Of a stretch of 64,000 nt of DNA, positions 40,501-53,925 are shown piece by piece. A program made the position numbers and the translations under genes. The notes below the pieces were generated by a model that saw only the letters and a program-made list of their open reading frames with translations, was not told where the DNA came from and did not search any database. Each line of letters starts with the position of its first letter. Position 1 is the stretch's first letter. Source of the DNA: Nemertoderma westbladi (lineage: Eukaryota > Animalia > Xenacoelomorpha); NCBI GenBank assembly GCA_032718475.1, contig JAUCBJ010000505.1, positions 62,001 to 126,000 on the forward strand, read 5' to 3'.

Positions 40501-41357
40501 CTCCAATGGATAGAGTGCTCGAATGGATAGAGTGATCCAATAGATAGAGTGCTCCAATGGATAGAGTGCTCCAATGGATAGAGTGCTCCAATAGATAGAG
40601 TGCTCCAATGGATAGAGTGCTCCAATAGATAGAGTGCTCCAATGGATAGAGAGCTCCAATGGATAGAGTGCTCCAATGGATAGAGTGCTCCAATAGATAG
40701 AGTGCTCCAATAGATAGAGTGCTCCAATGGATAGAGTGCTCCAATGGATAGAGTGCTCCAATGGATAGAGTGCTCCAATAGATAGAGTGATCCAATGGAT
40801 AGAGTGCTCCAATGGATAGAGTGCTCCAATAGATAGAGTGATCCAATGGATAGAGTGATCCAATAGATAGAGTGCTCCAATGGATAGAGTGCTCCAATGG
40901 ATAGAGTGCTCCAATAGATAGAGTGCTCCAATGGATAGAGTGATCCAATGGATAGAGTGCTCCAATAGATAGCGAGCTCTAATAGATAGAGTGCTCCAAT
41001 AGATAGAGTGCTCCAATAGATAGAGTGCTCCAATGGATAGAGTGATCCAATAGATAGAGTGCTCCAATAGATAGAGTGATCCAATGGATAGAGTGCTCCA
41101 ATAGATAGAGTGCTCCAATGGATAGAGTGCTCCAACAGATAGAGTGCTCCAATGGATAGAGTGCTCCAATAGGTAGAGTGATCCAATGGATAGAGTGCTC
41201 CAATGGATAGAGTGCTCCAATAGATAGAGTGATCCAATGGATAGAGTGATCCAATAAATAGAGTGCTCCAATAGATAGAGTGCTCCAATAGATAGAGTGC
41301 TCCAATAGATAGAGTGCTCCAATAGATAGAGTGCTCCAATAGATAGAGTGCTCCAAT
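34572..41357. repeat. 17-bp tandem satellite (GATAGAGTGCTCCAATR), about 360 copies, interrupted by an RTE insertion
   Basis: Direct tandem repetition. Rare variant blocks recur (GATGGAGTGCTCCAACGAA near 35382 and 38706; GACAAGAGTGATCC near 36198 and 39760). Confidence 0.99.
36588..37230 (+). mobile_element. RTE-clade LINE 3' fragment inserted in the 17-bp satellite
   Basis: LEHVDDFCYLGS...LFRAAVVPVLLYGSPCW...HS*, short 3' UTR and TAGTAGTAGT tail. Nearly identical to the copy at 51884-53014. Confidence 0.95.
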
Positions 41358-41443
41358 ATTATTTAGTGATGTGAGAAAACTTTACACATTTTAGCTTATG
41401 ACACATTTCCAAATTCCCACTTTTTTCTGATTTGATTTTCACT

Positions 41444-42499
41444 TGCACCGTTATGGGGCGTCCTCCAGGGAGACACACTTGCACCGTTCTTGTTCATAAT
41501 TGTTGTTGACTATGTTCTACGCATGTCCTTAGATCATCATAATGATGATGGGGTGATGATAACTCCACCTACTGGCTCCAGAAGTCGAAGAAATCCTGTA
41601 CCTAACTGATCTAGACTTTGCTGATGACTTAGGAGTACTCTCAGAATCACTAGAGAGAGCCCAACGGCTCCTCAGCTCATTAGATCATGCTACTTCTAGT
41701 GTTTGACTTTTTGTTAACTCCAAAATTTTGACAGTTAACTTTGAAAGTCCTCAGGAAGTCTCTGATCGGATGAGCATAAGCTCAAAAGATGGTATGCTTG
41801 AGCATGTGGACGACTTCTGTTACCTGGTATCATGGATCCGGAAGTCAGGTGAGGACCTTCGAATACGTAAGGAAGGCATGGGCAGCCTTGAATAGGCTTT
41901 CCAGGATTTGGAAGTCACCGAGAATTAATCGGAAACTTAAGGTCCGATTATTTAGAGCAGCAGTAGTTCCAGTACTCCTCTACGGGAGTCCATGCTGGGC
42001 TCTAACTGCTGAGGACACCAAATCTCTGGATGGCACATTCACAAGAATGCTACGCCGGGTTCATTGTGTCAAGTACAATGCACACATCTCCAACCAGACA
42101 CTATATAACATTGGAGGTGTCTCATTGGTTCCCCCAAGCTTGACACTAGAACAATATCGCCTCCGCTTTGCAGGACATTGCTTTCGCCGTGAGGACCAGC
42201 CAGTGCATAATCTTGTACTTTGGCAGCGTCATGGAGTGAATAAGCATGGTGGACAGCCCATGACTTTCGTGAGACGCCTCCTAAAGGACACTGGCATTGA
42301 AGATGCGGATGATCTAGCAAATGTCATGGGTGATAGGGAGTTGTAGCGGCGCAACTCATTAATAAGCCGGCATAGCATTCTTAATGCACGCTGCGTTGGG
42401 CTTGGCAATTGCGGATTGCATGGTGGTGACAAAATGTTTTTGTTAAGTTGGCATCTCAATGTGCAGTTTCAATGCAGCAGGCCGATTATAGTAGTAGTA
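41444..42499 (+). mobile_element. Older, frameshifted RTE-clade LINE 3' fragment
   Basis: GVLQGDTLAPFLF, DLDFADD, same C-terminus with indels and stops, TAGTAGTAGTA tail. Confidence 0.92.
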
Positions 42500-43028
42500 T
42501 AAATAAAAAAAACCCGGATCATCAATATATATAAAGATACACTTTTTGGGTGAAAGTATGTGAGTAAAAAGTTTCTGTTTATAAACTGAAATGGAGATGA
42601 TAACAAACAATTGTTTTTAATGTTCTGACAAATTTTTACATAACATAGCTATAGCTAGAGTTTGTGCTATTTATCAATAGCTTTAAGATAATCATATTTA
42701 CGGATGTCCCGGAATCGATATTTTGATTCCTGCCGGAACCGGAACAGAATTCAACATACCGGAATATTCCGGCCGGAACCGGAATTTTGTATAATTAGTG
42801 AAATGCACTAAATGACCCATGAAACTTAAATAATTGTTTGTGAATTTTTTACATTGATGGGCGTCGTAGTGGAGAGTGCTGTGGTCTGGAAGCAGGAGCA
42901 AGTGATTATGGGGCTGTGGAGGGGGGGGGGGGGGGGGGGGGGGGTTATTTCGCCCTATCTGGCCAGGTCTATTTTTACTACGAATTGGCCAAAAGAGGTT
43001 GTTGTCATTTTGGAAATTTTCTTAGATA

Positions 43029-44295
43029 CTAGAAAGGCATTTCCTAAAGGAAATGCAACCACGAAGCTAAGGAAAATTAAACAAACGGCCACAATTTGGT
43101 TCGTTGCTTAGCCTAGTTTAGTAGCATTTGCCAATAAATAACTTCTATTCCCATGGAAACTAGAGTTCTCTGGAACTGTTGGTTTTACCTTTGAAAAAAG
43201 ATTCAGTCCAGATTGTTTTTCAGATAACACATCAAGTTTCAGAAAATATTGTAGTTTATGTCCAAATTACAGATTTTCTATCAAAATGCATCTGTTTGCA
43301 GTGGTTGTCATGGAAACTGAAAAATAGAACAATGTAATTCGGATGCAGAATAAGTCATATAGTGGGGGTAGGTGTTGGTCCCAAGTCATAATACTGTTAA
43401 ATTGTGCTTCAAATTATCATTTTATTAATTTTAACATCTGTTTACTCTTGTTGCTATGGTAAATAGATTTTCTAATTAACTTCGAACGGCTTGTATATGG
43501 ACCTTATAGATGAGTTGCAAAACCCCAAGTTTATATATATTACAGTTTTTCTCCAAATAGAGTTATGATTATAGACTTGAATGATATATAACTTTAAAAA
43601 AACTACAGTTACCATGGTAACTAGATATTTCTGGAATGTTTTGAGTTTCACTAAAAGTTCCAACTAGTGGTCCAGATAACACATACCTAGTTTCGTAAAA
43701 TTTTATCGTGAAGTCTATGTACAAATGAATAATTTTCGTATAAAAACATCTGTTTTCAGCGGTTGTCAAGGTAACTGCAAAATAGAACAATCAAATTCGG
43801 ACGCAGAATAAGTTATATAGTGGGGGTAGGGGTTGGTCCCAAGTCATCACACCTTAACCTTAGGCTTCAAATTAACATTTTAAAAATTTTAACATCTGTT
43901 TAGCCCGGTTGCCAAGGTAACTGGATTTTCTATTGAACCTCAGTCGGCTCTGCTATGGACCTTATAGTTGAGTTGAGAAACCCCAAGTTTATATGTATTA
44001 TAGTTTTCCTACAAATAGAGTTACAAATATTGACTTGAAATACATAGACTTTTTTCTAAGTCCGTTGCCATGGAAACCAGATTTTTCCTGAATATGAGAC
44101 CCATCCCACACGACGCGCCTTGATGAGTTGTATATACATGCAAAATTTCAGGGTACTTTTAAAGGCTAGTTTTTTCCCCGACCAAAAAACACTAAATCTG
44201 CCTCACACAAGTAAAATAGCCCACTATGAATAGACCATCTCAGCTAAGGAAAATCTTTCTTAGCGAAAGTAGTTGATTTTCCTTAGCTTCGTGGA
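43029..44295 (-). mobile_element. Non-autonomous Helitron/Helentron-like element, copy 1
   Basis: On minus: A|TC start; 3' hairpin GCATTTCCT-TT-AGGAAATGC followed by CTAG|T; subterminal inverted repeat CCACGAAGCTAAGGAAAAT at both ends; internal repeats of about 150/456 bp; no TSD. Confidence 0.85.
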
Positions 44296-44495
44296 TTGTC
44301 TAATAATTTAGAATTTCGAAGGTATAATGGTTTTCGAGGTCGCTCATCTAAATCGCTAAAACTTGTTACAAATATTTGTTGCTACTCTGCTTCTGCTCCC
44401 CCAGAATGTTGTGTTTCGATGGATAATTCTGAAGCTATTGGGTCGAGGTCGCTGATCGCGATATATTTTATGGAAGTGTAAACATCTAATCTTTA

Positions 44496-47367
44496 CTAGA
44501 AAGGCATTTCCTAAAGGAAATGCGACCACGAAGCTAAGGAAAATTAAACACACTTTGACTCATCAGTTCCTTGGTTCTAGTTAAAAGTCATATGTCTTAA
44601 TTCAACTCCCATCACCATGGCAACTGGAGTTTTCTAGAACTGCTCGGTTTTACACAGGAAGTTTCATTGAGTAGTTGATGTCCAAAATTAAAGATGTATT
44701 TTTGTTAAAACATCAGTTTGCAGTGGTTGTCTTGGAAACTGATAAATATAACAACGTTAATTGGATGCAGAATAAGTGATATAGTGGGGGTAGGGGTTGG
44801 TCCCAAGTCGTAATATCTTAATGTTATGGTTTAAATAACCATTTTATAAATTTGAACATCTGTTTAGCCTGGTTGCCCTGGTAACTAAATTTTCTAATTG
44901 ACCTCAATAAGCGCAACTATTGTCCTTATCATCGAGTTGAAAAACTTCAAGTTTCGATCTATTATGGTTTTTGTACAAATAGAGTTAATAGTATAGACTT
45001 TCATGTAATAGATTTTAATAAACTCCAGTTACCATGGTAACTAGATATTTCTAGAAATTTTGAGTTTTTCAAAAACTTCCAAATAGTAGTCCAGATAACA
45101 CATACCCAGTTTCAGAGAATGTTATCGTTTAGTCTATGTACAAAATGAACAATTTTTGTGTCAAAACATCTGTTTTCAGCCATTGCCATGGAAACTGAAA
45201 AATAGAACAACGTAATTCGTATACAGAATAAGTCATGTGGTGGGGGTAGGTGTTGGTCCCAAGTCATAATACTATTAACTTGTGCTTCAAATTCATTTTA
45301 TAAATTTTTACATCTGTTTAGCCTGGTTGCCATGGTATCAGGATTTTTTAATTTACCTCAATCTGCTCGGTTATGGCCCTTATAGTTGAGTTGAGAAACT
45401 CCAAGTTTATATATATTGCGGTTTTTCTACAAATAGAGTTATGAATATAGACTGGAATGATATAGTCTTTATTAATATACAGTTACCAAGGTAACTATAT
45501 ATTTCTGGAATGATTTGAGTTTCACTAAAAGTTCCAACTAGTGGTCCAGATAACACATTCCCAGTTTCGTAAAGTTTTATCGCGAAGTCTATATCCAAAT
45601 GAGTAATTTTTGGATAAAAACATCTGTTTTCATCGGTTGTCATGGTAACTGCAAAATAAAACAATGAAATTCGGACGCAGAATAAATTATATAGTGGGGG
45701 TAGGGGTTGGTCCCAAGTCATAACACCTTGTTCTTAGGCTTCAAATTATCATTTTATAAATTTTAACATCTGTTTAGCCTGGTTGCAAAGGTAACTGGAT
45801 TTTCTATTTAACCTCAATCGGCTCTGCTATGGACCTTATAGTTGAGTTGAGAAACCCCAAGTTTATATCTATTATAGTTTCCCTACAAATAGAGTTTTAA
45901 ATATTGACTTGAAATACAGAGACTTTTTTATAAGTCCGTTTCCATGGAAACCAGATTTTTCCTGGATATGAGACCCGGTCCAAAAGATGCGCCTCGACGA
46001 GTAGTATATACATGCAAAATTTCAGGGTACTTTTAAAGGCTAGTTTTTTCACCGGTCAAAAAAAACCAAATCTGCTCCATACAAGTAAAATAGCCCACTA
46101 TGAATACACCATCTCAGCTAAGGAAAATCTTTCTTAGCGAAAGTAGTTGATTTTCCTTAGCTTCGTGGACTCATCACTTCATTGCTTTACAGAGTTAAGA
46201 GGCATATGCCTTTAAAACTCATATTACCATGGCAACCGGAGTTTTCTAGAACTGCTGAGGTTTATATTAAGCTCCGGTTTGTGGTTCCAGGTGACACATA
46301 CTTCAATTCAGTTTCATTGAGTAGTTAATGTGTAAAACAAAGGATTTAATTGTTAAAACGTCTGTTTGTAGTGGTTGTCATGGAAACTGAAAAATGCGAC
46401 AATTTAAATTGGATGCGGAATTAGTGATATAGTGGGGGTAGGGATTGGTCCCAAGTCGTAATACCTTAAATTTATGCTTCAAATAACAATTTTATAAATT
46501 TGAACATCTTTTTAGCATGGTAGCCGAGCCCTGGTAACTGGATTTTCTAATTAAACCTCAATCAGCTCGACTATTGTTCTTATCATTGAGATGAGAAACC
46601 CCAAGTTTATATCTATTGCGGTTATTCTATAAATAGAGTTATGAATATAAACTTGAATGATATAATCTGTAATAAACTCCAGTTACCATGGTAACTAAAT
46701 TTCTGGAATGTTTTGAGTTTCACTAAAAGTTCCAACTAGTGGTCCAGATAACACATAACCAGTTTCGTAAAATTTTATCGCGAAGTCTACGTCCAAATGA
46801 GTAATTTTTGAATTAAAACATCTGTTTTCAGCGGTTGTCATGGAAACTACAAAATAGAACAATGAAATTTGGACGCAGAATAAGTTATATAGTGGGGGTA
46901 GGGGTTGGTCCCAAGTCATAACATCTTAACCTTAAGCTTCAAATTAACATTTTATAAATTTTAACATCTGTTTAGCCCGGTTGCCAAGGTAACTGGATTT
47001 TCTATTTAACCTCAATTGGCTCTGCTATGGAACTTATAGTTGAGTTGAGAAACCCCAAGTTTATATCTATTATAGTTTTCCTACAAATAGAGTTATAAAT
47101 ATTGACTTGAAATACATAGACTTTTTTCTAAGTCCGTTGCCATGGAAACCAGATTTTTCCTGGATATGAGACCCGGCCTAAAAGATGCGTCTCGCCGAGT
47201 AGTATATACATGCAAAATTTCAGGGTACTTTTAAAGGCTAGTTTTTTCCGGAATCAAAAAAAACCAAATCTGCCTCACACAAGTAAAATAGCCCACTATG
47301 AATAGACCATCTCAGCTAAGGAAAATCTTTCTTAGCGAAAGTAGTTGATTTTCCTTAGCTTCGTGGA
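44496..47367 (-). mobile_element. Non-autonomous Helitron/Helentron-like element, copy 2, compound with a duplicated 5' end at 46169
   Basis: Same termini as copy 1 (CTAG 44496-44499; TC at 47366-47367). The 5'-terminal block also occurs at 46115-46169 and rejoins the body at GACTCATCA. Confidence 0.85.
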
Positions 47368-49088
47368 TCAATTTGCACTACTTGTATTTTTCGTACAAAT
47401 TTGGCACATATTAAAAAGTACCACAATCAATCGGGAAATAAATTGTTTAGTGTCATATACGAATTCAGCTAAGCAGAAACCCAATAATGCCATCAAATCA
47501 GGTTCATTTGTTATTGATTTATAATCATCAAAATATCGTGACCATAGAGCCAAAACAACACCAACCACACTTTGCTCTATCATACTTTGCCAGGAAAAAC
47601 ACCATTCAATAGTCGAGGAATGACGTGAGTTCTTATGTTTCTGTGATAAAATCCTAGAGGTAAAACAACTCACACAGACTAGAGTTAATGTTAATGTTAA
47701 TTTTCAGTATGTGTTGTTTTGTCTCTTTGGAAAATAACGAAAAAAACAGTTTCTTTCATTAACAAAATTTATTTTGAATGCTAGCCACTATTATAAAATG
47801 TATCATTGTATCTTCCCAGACCTCTGTCGAAAAAATTAGGAGACGGGATCCATAGAGGGAAGTGAGTAGGTTTTTTGCATTTTTATAGAAACCACATTTT
47901 TTAGTGAGTGTTGTTCTGGCTCTTTGGTTACGATATGCTAATTGTATTTTTCGTGCCACTTCACTTTGGCACATGTCCAAAAATGCCCCAATGTATCGGA
48001 TATGATATGATATGAGTGTCCCATTCATGATCAGCATCCCGGAAAACCCCTAATGGCATCAAATCTATTTGATTTGGTGGTGATTTCCATTATCATATTT
48101 GGACTACTTGTTTTTTTCGTGCCCTAAGAGGCACATTCAAAATTACCAAACATTTTCTCGAATGTTATATTTGAGTTCAATAATCGTGATCAGCATCTAA
48201 AAAACCGCTGTGCACCACAAATAAAATAATTTAGGCGAGCCATTAAAACGTTTGAAAATTTTAGCTCAAAATACTGGAGATGGGTGCCCGAAAGGGACCA
48301 CAGCACGAAAATAAACATAGCTATGTTAATTTAAAGTTTAGGAAAAGTCACGAAATCTTGGTTTTTCCCACCAAATGAATTACAAAAAATATTCTCTAAT
48401 GACCCCCCCCCCCCCCCCACCCCCCCCACCCCCGAGCCAAATAGGGTTAAAGGTTTCAAAAACCTATAAACCAAAAGTTTCGTTTTTAGACTCAAACCTA
48501 AAAACCTTCGTTTGCAGACAACCTAAGGATTCCGTTACCGAATCCGATACCCTAGTGCCGTTAATGGAAAGGATCAGTTTACAGTAACATGTTATTCCAA
48601 CCAAAACAATAAATGAGAGTCAATATTACATGTTACTGTTTAATTTTTGTGATAATGTAAATGTATATATCCATAATGTGATTAATGTGTGATCGGCCGG
48701 AACCGGAATCAGGCAAAAACCACCGGAATTCCGGTCGGAACGGAATTCCGGGACATCCCCAATCATATTGAAATAACAGACAAAAGTAAATGTATCAGTT
48801 TCCAGTGAGTTTTAGTTATCTTTAGCTACATTTATAACATTATTTACAAAATTGTCGCCATCAAAATATAACATTGAAACTCGCGAGTCGCGACGCAGCA
48901 AATTATTCGATTATGATAATAATTAGGGTAATTAGATAGAGCTACTGCTAGGGGACTGATGCGGGTACTAGAATGGAGGACAACGCTGGACTGGAGTCGC
49001 CAATTAAATTTATATAATTAGACTTGGTCTACAAACGATTCACAAAGACCAATAGGGAAGGTTAAATATTTAATGGCAATGTATAGTG

Positions 49089-51323
<2,235 letters not shown>

Positions 51324-51883
51324 CTAGGACAAATACAAAACAATAGGCTTCCAGAAAGGTACCGGTATGTTTAAACGGGATTAAACTTTCCGGGATTACC
51401 ACTTTTGGGATACCGATTTTCACGAATGGGTTTTAAAATTAGTAATACATTTGAATTCAATGAATTTGAATACATTTCTCAAAACGTTTTCACATTTATA
51501 TAAATAAGAAAGAGATTTTGAGCAACTTTATAAAATCACAAATGATAATAAATTTAATTTAGAGTTAATTAATATTAATTTATAGTTATTACTGGATGAT
51601 TAATGACCCTGACGCTGACATATATTTAATATATTAAACTAACTTACTTAATTATGTACCTCGAAATCCCCTCGCCACAAAGTCCAACCAAAAGTGGGCA
51701 TTTTGGGTCGGAGGGAAATTTGCGGTAAATTTTTTTGAGGCATAGAAATTATTATTTCGAATAGGTTATTTATATAAGTTTACAGGAAGGTAAACGGTAG
51801 ATGTTGTAAAACCAACAAACACTAAAAAACTATAGCTGACGAAAGTCGGCTGAGCGGCTGGTATCGGCCCAGATGTGAAGTAC

Positions 51884-53014
51884 TACTACTACTAGGATCG
51901 GCATGCTGCATTGCAGCTGCATTTTTAAGAATGCTGTGCCGGCTTGTCAACAAAATTGCACCGCCACAACTCCCTATCACCCATGACATTTGCTAGATCA
52001 TCCGCATCTTTAAGGCCAGTGTCCTTTAAGATGCGTCTCAAGAAAGTCATGGGCTGTCCACCATGCTTATTCACTCCATGAGGCTGCCAAAGTACAAGAT
52101 TATGCACTGGCTGGTCCTCACGGCGAAAGCAATGTCCTGCAAAGCGGAGGCGATTTTGTTCTAGTGTCAAGCTTGGGGGAACCAATGAGACACCTCCAAT
52201 GTTATATAGTGTCTGGTTGGAGATGTGTGCATTGTACTTGACACAATGAACCCGGCGTAGCATTCTTGTGAATGTGCCATCCAGAGATTTGGTGTCCTCA
52301 GCAGTTAGAGCCCAGCATGGACTCCCATAGAGGAGTACTGGAACTACTGCTGCTCTAAATAATCGGACCTTAAGTTTCCGATTAATTCTCGGTGACTTCC
52401 AAATCCTGGAAAGCCTATTCAAGGCTGCCCATGCCTTTCCCTTACGTATTCGAAGGTCCTCACCTGACTTCCGGATCCATGATCCCAGGTAACAGAAGTC
52501 GTCCACATGCTCAAGCATACCATCCTTTGAGCTTATGCTCATCCGATCAGAGACTTGCTGAGGACTTTCAAAGTTAACTGTCAAAATTTTGGTCTTTCTG
52601 GAGTTAATAAAAAGACCAACACTAGAAGCAGCATGTTCTAATGAGCTGAGGAGCTGTTGGGCTCCCTCTAATGATTCTGAGAGTACTCCTAAGTCATCAG
52701 CAAAGTCTAGATCAGTTAGGTACTTGGCAGGATTTCCTCGACTTCTGGAGCCAGTAGGTGGAGTTATCATCACACCATCATCATTATGATGATCTAAGGA
52801 CATGCGTAGAACATAGTCAACCACAATAATGAACAAGAATGGTGCAAGTGTGTCTCCCTGGAGGACGCCCCATAACACTTCAAATGGTTCTGTGTCACCA
52901 TCAACAGTAGACACAAATGTTGTCGAACCATCGTATACTGATCTGTTTGCTGCAATAATTTCATCAGGAATCCCATATAATGAAAGTATGTTGAACATAC
53001 GTGAGCGAGAGACT
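51884..53014 (-). mobile_element. RTE-clade LINE, 5'-truncated, open RT C-terminal frame
   Basis: 11-bp TSD ATGTGAAGTAC (51873-51883; 53015-53025), (TAG)n tail, GVLQGDTLAPFLF and DLDFADD. Confidence 0.95.
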
Positions 53015-53520
53015 ATGTGAAGTACAGAGGGGGTTTCTCTGGGATTCACACCAAAAACTTGCGCCAGGATTATGGGCCAGTGAGTTGTGTACGTCTCAAC
53101 TACAATCTCTCGCCGACATCTCTAGAACCCTTTACTAAAACTACCTCCATAAATAACTATTGATCGGCAGCTCTCAGCGACTACTACACAGACTTTTCGG
53201 GATTTCCGGGATCGGATCGGGATTATCTCTCTCGGGATCCCATTTTGGGATCGGGATTGTAATTTTTGATTAAATTCCTTAAAGTTATTAGTATAAGTGG
53301 CGGGTTTTGGGTAGCACTCACTTTATCTTACACTTCTGAAATATCAGTAAGATAAAGTTCTATTAAAATTATTTTGCAATTGATTACTGGATGGACTGAC
53401 ATAAAAATCCGATATAAACAAAACATTTCCTTTCAGCTGGAACTATTTATCGGATATTCAACATATTTACTTCACTATTTATACTTCGAGATCCCGTTCC
53501 AAAATAACGAATCGGGACCA

Positions 53521-53762
53521 TGTTGGAAATATTTTATTATTGGTTCGTCAAGTACTCTGCCAAACTGTATTGCACAATATAGTTCTGTTTTGTAATATCT
53601 CTATGTATATTGGTGATGGGCGTTTGTTTGTCTTCTAAACTCAAATGGACTATCAGCTGTTAATGTAACTTACTGTACGATATATTATTTCTAGTTTGAA
53701 AAGCGATTTTATGTTTTGATTAAAAGGTTGTTTGAGACACAGTTATAAATTGTTTTCTAATA
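53521..53762 (+). repeat. Copia 5' LTR (TG...TA)
   Basis: Identical by eye to 58054-58295. Confidence 0.96.
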
Positions 53763-53776
53763 GGTTATGGGCCCAG
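53763..53776 (+). promoter_or_regulatory. Copia primer-binding site complementary to an internal region of initiator tRNA-Met
   Basis: GGTTATGGGCCCAG directly after the 5' LTR, the same PBS as Drosophila copia. Confidence 0.9.
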
Positions 53777-53925
53777 GACGTTTAATTACAACATGTACTA
53801 ACCGACCTCTGTTGTAAGGGTAATATGATGTGAACTGTGTTTGTCGTACTGTGTATTACAATGTACTGTATAACTTTTATTGAGAATTGAGAGTAAATTT
53901 ATGTTGAGTAATATAGCTTGTGAGG

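Larger units (their letters stand above)
42953..48446. mobile_element. Possible piggyBac-like MITE nested in the hAT element
   Basis: Right end GCCAAATAGGG|TTAA; left end CCCTATCTGGC matches 10/11 but lacks TTAA. Poly-G and poly-C tracts lie near the ends. Confidence 0.45.
42699..48761. mobile_element. hAT-superfamily non-autonomous element hosting nested insertions
   Basis: Perfect 8-bp TSD ATCATATT (42691-42698; 48762-48769). TIRs TACGGATGTCCCGGAAT / ATTCCGGGACATCCCCA resemble the Ac-type TAGGGATG end. Subterminal CCGGAA repeats at both ends. Confidence 0.85.

Noticed and set aside
34511-41356. Very long minus-strand ORFs (up to 1406 aa, WSTLSIGALYLLEHSIH repeats)
   Set aside because: They follow from a stop-free 17-bp monomer that is open in all three frames. 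Frequent 15/16-bp variants shift frame freely, so there is no sign of coding constraint.
43472-48587. Short ORFs in the Helitron/MITE region as transposase remnants
   Set aside because: No Rep, helicase or DDE motifs; they recur only because the internal repeat recurs.
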